Shown piece after piece: positions 16,520 through 20,000 of a DNA stretch of 20,000 nucleotides (positions within the stretch are counted from its first letter, which is position 1; the number at the start of each line of letters is the position of its first letter). The stretch lies in IMG/VR virus record IMGVR_UViG_3300009509_000003; one strand, written 5' to 3'. Source of the stretch: an uncultured virus (IMG/VR IMGVR_UViG_3300009509_000003) (taxonomy: Duplodnaviria > Heunggongvirae > Uroviricota > Caudoviricetes). A program made the translations under genes and the position numbers. A model generated the notes under the pieces. That model ran no database searches and was not told where the DNA came from. It worked only from the letters and a program-made list of their open reading frames with translations.

Positions 16520-16787
16520 TTTCTCCTCCTGTTCCGTCGTTTCCGCCTCTGCCTCCAACCCAATGGAACGGCGAAGGCGTGTCGCTGCTCCGCTTCTCTT
16601 GGAGCGTTAGGCGCTCGTTGTAGTTCTGGTAGGTGCTCACCAGAAAATCGACATTCAGCCCCATCTCTTTGAAGCTGTGCTCCAATCTATCGATCCTCTC
16701 CTCTAGAGAATCCTTCAGGGAACGCACTTCTTCGAGAATCACGCTCAGGATGTCCTCTTCCGTCGGCACACACTGATCACTGCTCAT
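16512..16787 (-). CDS. Small coiled-coil hypothetical protein (~91 aa)
   Basis: The ORF track gives 16512..16823. ATG 16787 has AGGA 8 nt upstream. Contains the heptad segment ILEEVRSLKDSLEERIDRLE and overlaps both neighbours by a few nt. Confidence 0.55.
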   Translation of the reverse strand: MSSDQCVPTEEDILSVILEEVRSLKDSLEERIDRLEHSFKEMGLNVDFLVSTYQNYNERLTLQEKRSSDTPSPFHWVGGRGGNDGTGGENV

Positions 16788-17304
16788 GATGTTCATCCTG
16801 TCCATTGATGATCTCGAAATCATCAGACGCCATGCAAAACGACCGCAGCGCCCCCGTTGTGGTCAGCTCTATATCCATATCCTCCGTTCCGGCGATGCCG
16901 GAATTTTTCAGAATGCCCGCTCCAAATTCTGAACAAGACATCCTAGAAGTACAACGCCAAACGATCTTTTTCAAAAACTCCCATTTGGTGAATCGATAGA
17001 GAACCAATAGAATAGCATTCCATATCACACCGTAATCGTATTTTGCGCCAATATAGCCCCGAGCCCATCGAAAACCATCATCGAGGTCGACCCGGCACTC
17101 GTAGATCTCGCTCACTGGGTAAGTCTTCCTCACGCGCTCTTGCGGGACCTTCACCACGCCGCCCGAACTCGAATGAGCCACCCAGAGCCCTCCCCACACC
17201 ATCGACGGATACTCGATCCAGGTGTGAGAGTAGTCCGCTTCGGTGGCCCAACAAATGAGCTTCGATACCCATTTGTCATTCGCACCAAAACAGATGCAGA
17301 TCAT
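16777..17304 (-). CDS. Permuted papain-like NlpC/P60 enzyme (YiiX/YebB-like amidase/peptidase)
   Basis: Start at ATG 17304 (TGATG overlap with the upstream stop); 175 aa. His comes first (SKLICWATEADYSHTWI), then YIGAKYDY, then Cys (MSCSEF). This is the permuted NlpC/P60 order. Confidence 0.8.
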   Translation of the reverse strand: MICICFGANDKWVSKLICWATEADYSHTWIEYPSMVWGGLWVAHSSSGGVVKVPQERVRKTYPVSEIYECRVDLDDGFRWARGYIGAKYDYGVIWNAILLVLYRFTKWEFLKKIVWRCTSRMSCSEFGAGILKNSGIAGTEDMDIELTTTGALRSFCMASDDFEIINGQDEHHEQ

Positions 17305-17930
17305 CACTTGAACTCCAGCAATGAGATGGCTACACACCTGACCGCGAGCGCTGTTGCGCCGGAGGACGGGAGCTGCCCCTCAAGAGTGTACTTGTGAGTT
17401 CCAGCCGTCGGAGCATCCGGAGTGAACCACTGCATCAGCTCCCATTCCCCGCCAGTATCTGGAACGTTGTACCCGCCGGATGGCGTCGCAGTTCCCTCCT
17501 TCACCCTGAGTTTTCCTCCCGTACCGTTCGACTTCACCTCCCCGACCACTCGCCCAGTGCAATACGCCAGGTTCGGTGTGAAGAAGTTGGGGGTCGTGAC
17601 GGAACCTCCCAGCGCCGTCCAGCTCGGGTCCTGGTCTGTGACGCTGGCCTCGGCATCAGTGAGAACTGACGAGGCATGGAATACAATTGTCGTTGGTGGG
17701 GCTCCGGTATGCGCGGCCACTAACGCAGATAGCGCGGTCTGCTCATCGCCAGAGAGGTCCGTTGGAAATTCAAACGTCACCGTGATGACACCAGTGTCAA
17801 CGTTCTCGCTACTCTTGATGTTGCTCAACTCAGTCTCGATGTTTTCGTCCGCAGCTATCGCCAGCTTCAACGAGTCCTCGTTGAAAATGTCGTTGAGAAA
17901 ATCAGTGTGAACGTAGTTGTAGCTGCTCAT
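17304..17930 (-). CDS. Hypothetical tail-associated protein (208 aa)
   Basis: ATGA overlap with the upstream gene. N-domain ends in LSGDEQTALSALVAAHTG, followed by a beta-rich C-domain (AGTHKYTLEG). Confidence 0.65.
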   Translation of the reverse strand: MSSYNYVHTDFLNDIFNEDSLKLAIAADENIETELSNIKSSENVDTGVITVTFEFPTDLSGDEQTALSALVAAHTGAPPTTIVFHASSVLTDAEASVTDQDPSWTALGGSVTTPNFFTPNLAYCTGRVVGEVKSNGTGGKLRVKEGTATPSGGYNVPDTGGEWELMQWFTPDAPTAGTHKYTLEGQLPSSGATALAVRCVAISLLEFK

Positions 17931-18619
17931 GCAATCCTCCAGAATAACAAGCGAGCCCGTCGGATATAGGCCGTGCCACCACCCTGCTGACGGTAATCGA
18001 GGTCGATGGTGTAGTCTCCGGCAGACAGGTCTGTAACGGCAAACCCTCCGGAGTCCTCGAAGAGATTGTAAGGCCAGATGGAGTATCCAATTTGAGTCGT
18101 GTCGTTGACCTCGATCTGCATCTCTGCTCGTTCAGCGGCGTCGTTGTTGCTGTGACGCAGTTCGCAGTACCACTGAACGACATATTTCCCATCCTCAACA
18201 CCAGTGATAGACAGCCTCAACTTCTGCTGCCAGTCCGTCGACATCGTACTGTCTTGGCCCTCAGCAACGTCTTCATGGAGGTCCTTGTCAATCCCGGCGG
18301 TAAGTATCACGCGCTCGTCATCAATAGCTACTATTCCACCTTCCAGCGTCCGCACCCTGGCCAATCGAACGTGTGTAGTAGTGGGAAACCCTGTGGTGTT
18401 GATGTTCAGCGAACCATCAAAGTCCAAAAATACATAATTCCATGCGTCATCAGTGACAGATTGATTTATCGCTCCGTCATAAACGCTCCGCACTCCATCT
18501 AATTCGTAGTTGAATCGAAGGATAGCTATGCTGAGGTCTCCGTCCGGCTGCACTAAACCAGGTTCGAGCCGCCCTATAAATCCAATCTCCCCGCCGGTGA
18601 CGTACACACTTGTTGGCAC
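17927..18619 (-). CDS. Hypothetical short tail-fibre-like protein (230 aa)
   Basis: GTG start with AGGAGG. NYVFLDFDGSL....TGFP...HVRLARV.T..GGIVAIDDER resembles fibre anchor motifs. The C-domain ST.STDWQ....G.Y...LSAGDYTIDLDYR...AYIRRARL looks like a beta-sandwich. Confidence 0.6.
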   Translation of the reverse strand: MPTSVYVTGGEIGFIGRLEPGLVQPDGDLSIAILRFNYELDGVRSVYDGAINQSVTDDAWNYVFLDFDGSLNINTTGFPTTTHVRLARVRTLEGGIVAIDDERVILTAGIDKDLHEDVAEGQDSTMSTDWQQKLRLSITGVEDGKYVVQWYCELRHSNNDAAERAEMQIEVNDTTQIGYSIWPYNLFEDSGGFAVTDLSAGDYTIDLDYRQQGGGTAYIRRARLLFWRIA

Positions 18620-18628
18620 GAAATCCTC

Positions 18629-19873
18629 CTACACCAGTATGTTCCCCTTCACGAAACACTTGAAATAGACGCCAGCTGAAGACAGATTATCTCGAATAGT
18701 GATCTTGATTTTATCCACTGTTCCCGCAAAGAGCTTCAGACCACCACCCACAAGCCAAGTAGCGCTCATCATGTCCTTGCTGGAAACGATCCACGTAAAG
18801 CCACCAGGAGACGAAAAGTGAACAAAGTCCTCATTCTGAATCAAATTTGCCACTGTCCCAGTATTTCCATTCGATGTAACTTCAACGAGCACGCCATTGG
18901 TAAGTGGCCCTGATACGGCACCAAAGTAATCAGTACCGAAAGTAATTGAGTTAGACGCTAATACAAACTTGACCTCCAAAATAGAGATGTCGTGTGTCGC
19001 ATCAGCACTATAAGTGAACTCAACTGGAGTTACGCTACCATTGACAAGAAGATCGTCGGAACTACCGGTGTCCTCTACAAAATCATTCTTGATGTTCTCC
19101 GGATTCGGTGCCACTGATCCAAAAGCAATAGCGTCCCCATCCTGTGAATAGAGAGTGGCTTTGAGCCTACCCATTCCAGACACGGTATCGATAGCGTCGA
19201 GATGAACGAGGTTGCTCGCTCCTTTGGCCACCTTCGCATCGGACTGAAGCCGATACACAGATCCATCGAGAACAACTCCTACAACGTTGCCCGAAGCGTC
19301 GACGATGTACTCAGGCCATCCCCCAGAAGCCGCCGCCCTGGTCCCCTGTGCAACCTTACCAATCTCATTCGTTCCGGCAGGGAGTTGATCAGTTATCTTC
19401 TTGATACCGTCCGTGTCTTTGATAGAGTCTAGAACCGCATCGATAGTCGTCAGTCGTCCATCAGCTGTAAGGAGTGTTGACTCAGAGGCTCGAGTAGCCA
19501 ACGTAGTCTCTGTCGCTCTCGTAGCTAGCGTGGCTTCTGTTGCGGCCCCCGCCGGGAGCGCAGAAGAAACTACATCCACATCACCGATGTTGTTCGTTCC
19601 AGCGGGCAACGGATCGGTAATCTTCTTGATGCCGTCAGTATCTTTGATAGAGTCAAGAACCGAATCGATGGTAGCCAACCTACCGTCAGCAGTTTGAAGC
19701 GTTGCCTCCGATGCTCTAGTTGCAAGTGTGTCCTCGGTTGCTGGGTTGACCTGGGACCCACTAGCATTCAACACTTTGGTGAGCCCAGAAATGCGGTAGA
19801 CTCCACTGTCATCGACGATAGATACGGGGTTCCCGTTCGCATCGTATAGAATTGACGCTGGTGAAAGTCCCAT
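18629..19873 (-). CDS. Hypothetical virion structural protein with internal duplication (414 aa)
   Basis: Long ORF with a 55-aa unit repeated at 75-aa spacing and a beta-rich C-terminal domain. Confidence 0.7.
   Translation of the reverse strand: MGLSPASILYDANGNPVSIVDDSGVYRISGLTKVLNASGSQVNPATEDTLATRASEATLQTADGRLATIDSVLDSIKDTDGIKKITDPLPAGTNNIGDVDVVSSALPAGAATEATLATRATETTLATRASESTLLTADGRLTTIDAVLDSIKDTDGIKKITDQLPAGTNEIGKVAQGTRAAASGGWPEYIVDASGNVVGVVLDGSVYRLQSDAKVAKGASNLVHLDAIDTVSGMGRLKATLYSQDGDAIAFGSVAPNPENIKNDFVEDTGSSDDLLVNGSVTPVEFTYSADATHDISILEVKFVLASNSITFGTDYFGAVSGPLTNGVLVEVTSNGNTGTVANLIQNEDFVHFSSPGGFTWIVSSKDMMSATWLVGGGLKLFAGTVDKIKITIRDNLSSAGVYFKCFVKGNILV
19352..19741 (-). repeat. Intragenic direct repeat, two ~165-nt copies 225 nt apart
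   Basis: ATEDTLATRASEATLQTADGRLATIDSVLDSIKDTDGIKKITDPLPAGTNNIGDV versus ATETTLATRASESTLLTADGRLTTIDAVLDSIKDTDGIKKITDQLPAGTNEIGKV. In DNA, cttcttgatgccgtc at ~19622 versus cttcttgataccgtc at ~19397. Confidence 0.9.
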
Positions 19874-19874
19874 A

Positions 19875-20000
19875 CTATGGCCCCGCCGCTATGGTTCGCG
19901 TTCTTGACGACTCAAAAACACCAGAATATGTAATGGCATCTGTGATAATCCATAACACCGTCGAACCATCAGTGTCGTAGATTTTCCATTGGTCAGTCGT
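19875..20000 (-). CDS. Hypothetical protein, C-terminal end only (truncated by the window)
   Basis: Hand translation: ...TTDQWKIYDTDGSTVLWIITDAITYSGVFESSRTRTIAAGP*. The TAG ends 1 nt before the next ATG (19873). Confidence 0.65.
   Translation of the reverse strand, partial: TTDQWKIYDTDGSTVLWIITDAITYSGVFESSRTRTIAAGP

Noticed and set aside
551..19697. Numerous plus-strand ORFs and short alternate-frame minus-strand ORFs (e.g. 1463..2209, 12021..12563, 12281..12889)
   Set aside because: They lie wholly within or antisense to the tightly tiled minus-strand genes and have Arg/Ser/Pro-rich shadow composition with no recognisable motifs.
1..20000. Stop-codon reassignment as seen in some large phages
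   Set aside because: Genes tile the window under the standard code, and TAG, TGA and TAA all occur as true stops followed by new SD/start sites.
1..20000. tRNA, rRNA, CRISPR array, IS element or defence system
   Set aside because: Intergenic gaps are at most about 35 nt, leaving no room, and no transposase, nuclease, NTPase or RT motifs were recognised.

Overview
The whole window is one densely packed, minus-strand run of about 23 genes (two truncated by the window edges). Gaps are a few bp or genes overlap, GGAG/GAGG Shine-Dalgarno motifs are common, and the genetic code is standard. It reads as the baseplate / tail-fibre / adsorption region of a large contractile-tailed phage or prophage. 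No capsid, sheath or replication gene is visible, so a tail-like injection system cannot be excluded. Recognisable parts: a P2 gpI-like baseplate wedge protein expanded by six internal repeats, a DUF3751-like collar protein followed by a fibre N-terminus, a beta-helix tailspike, three ~410-aa lectin-tipped paralogues, a CBM-like fibre, a BppU_N-like Ig protein, a permuted NlpC/P60 enzyme and an HExxH membrane protein. The most striking property is combinatorial reuse of a few short protein modules across many genes, suggesting a branched, multi-receptor adsorption apparatus. All family assignments come from motif recognition by eye, not database searches. No RNA genes, CRISPR arrays or mobile elements were seen.
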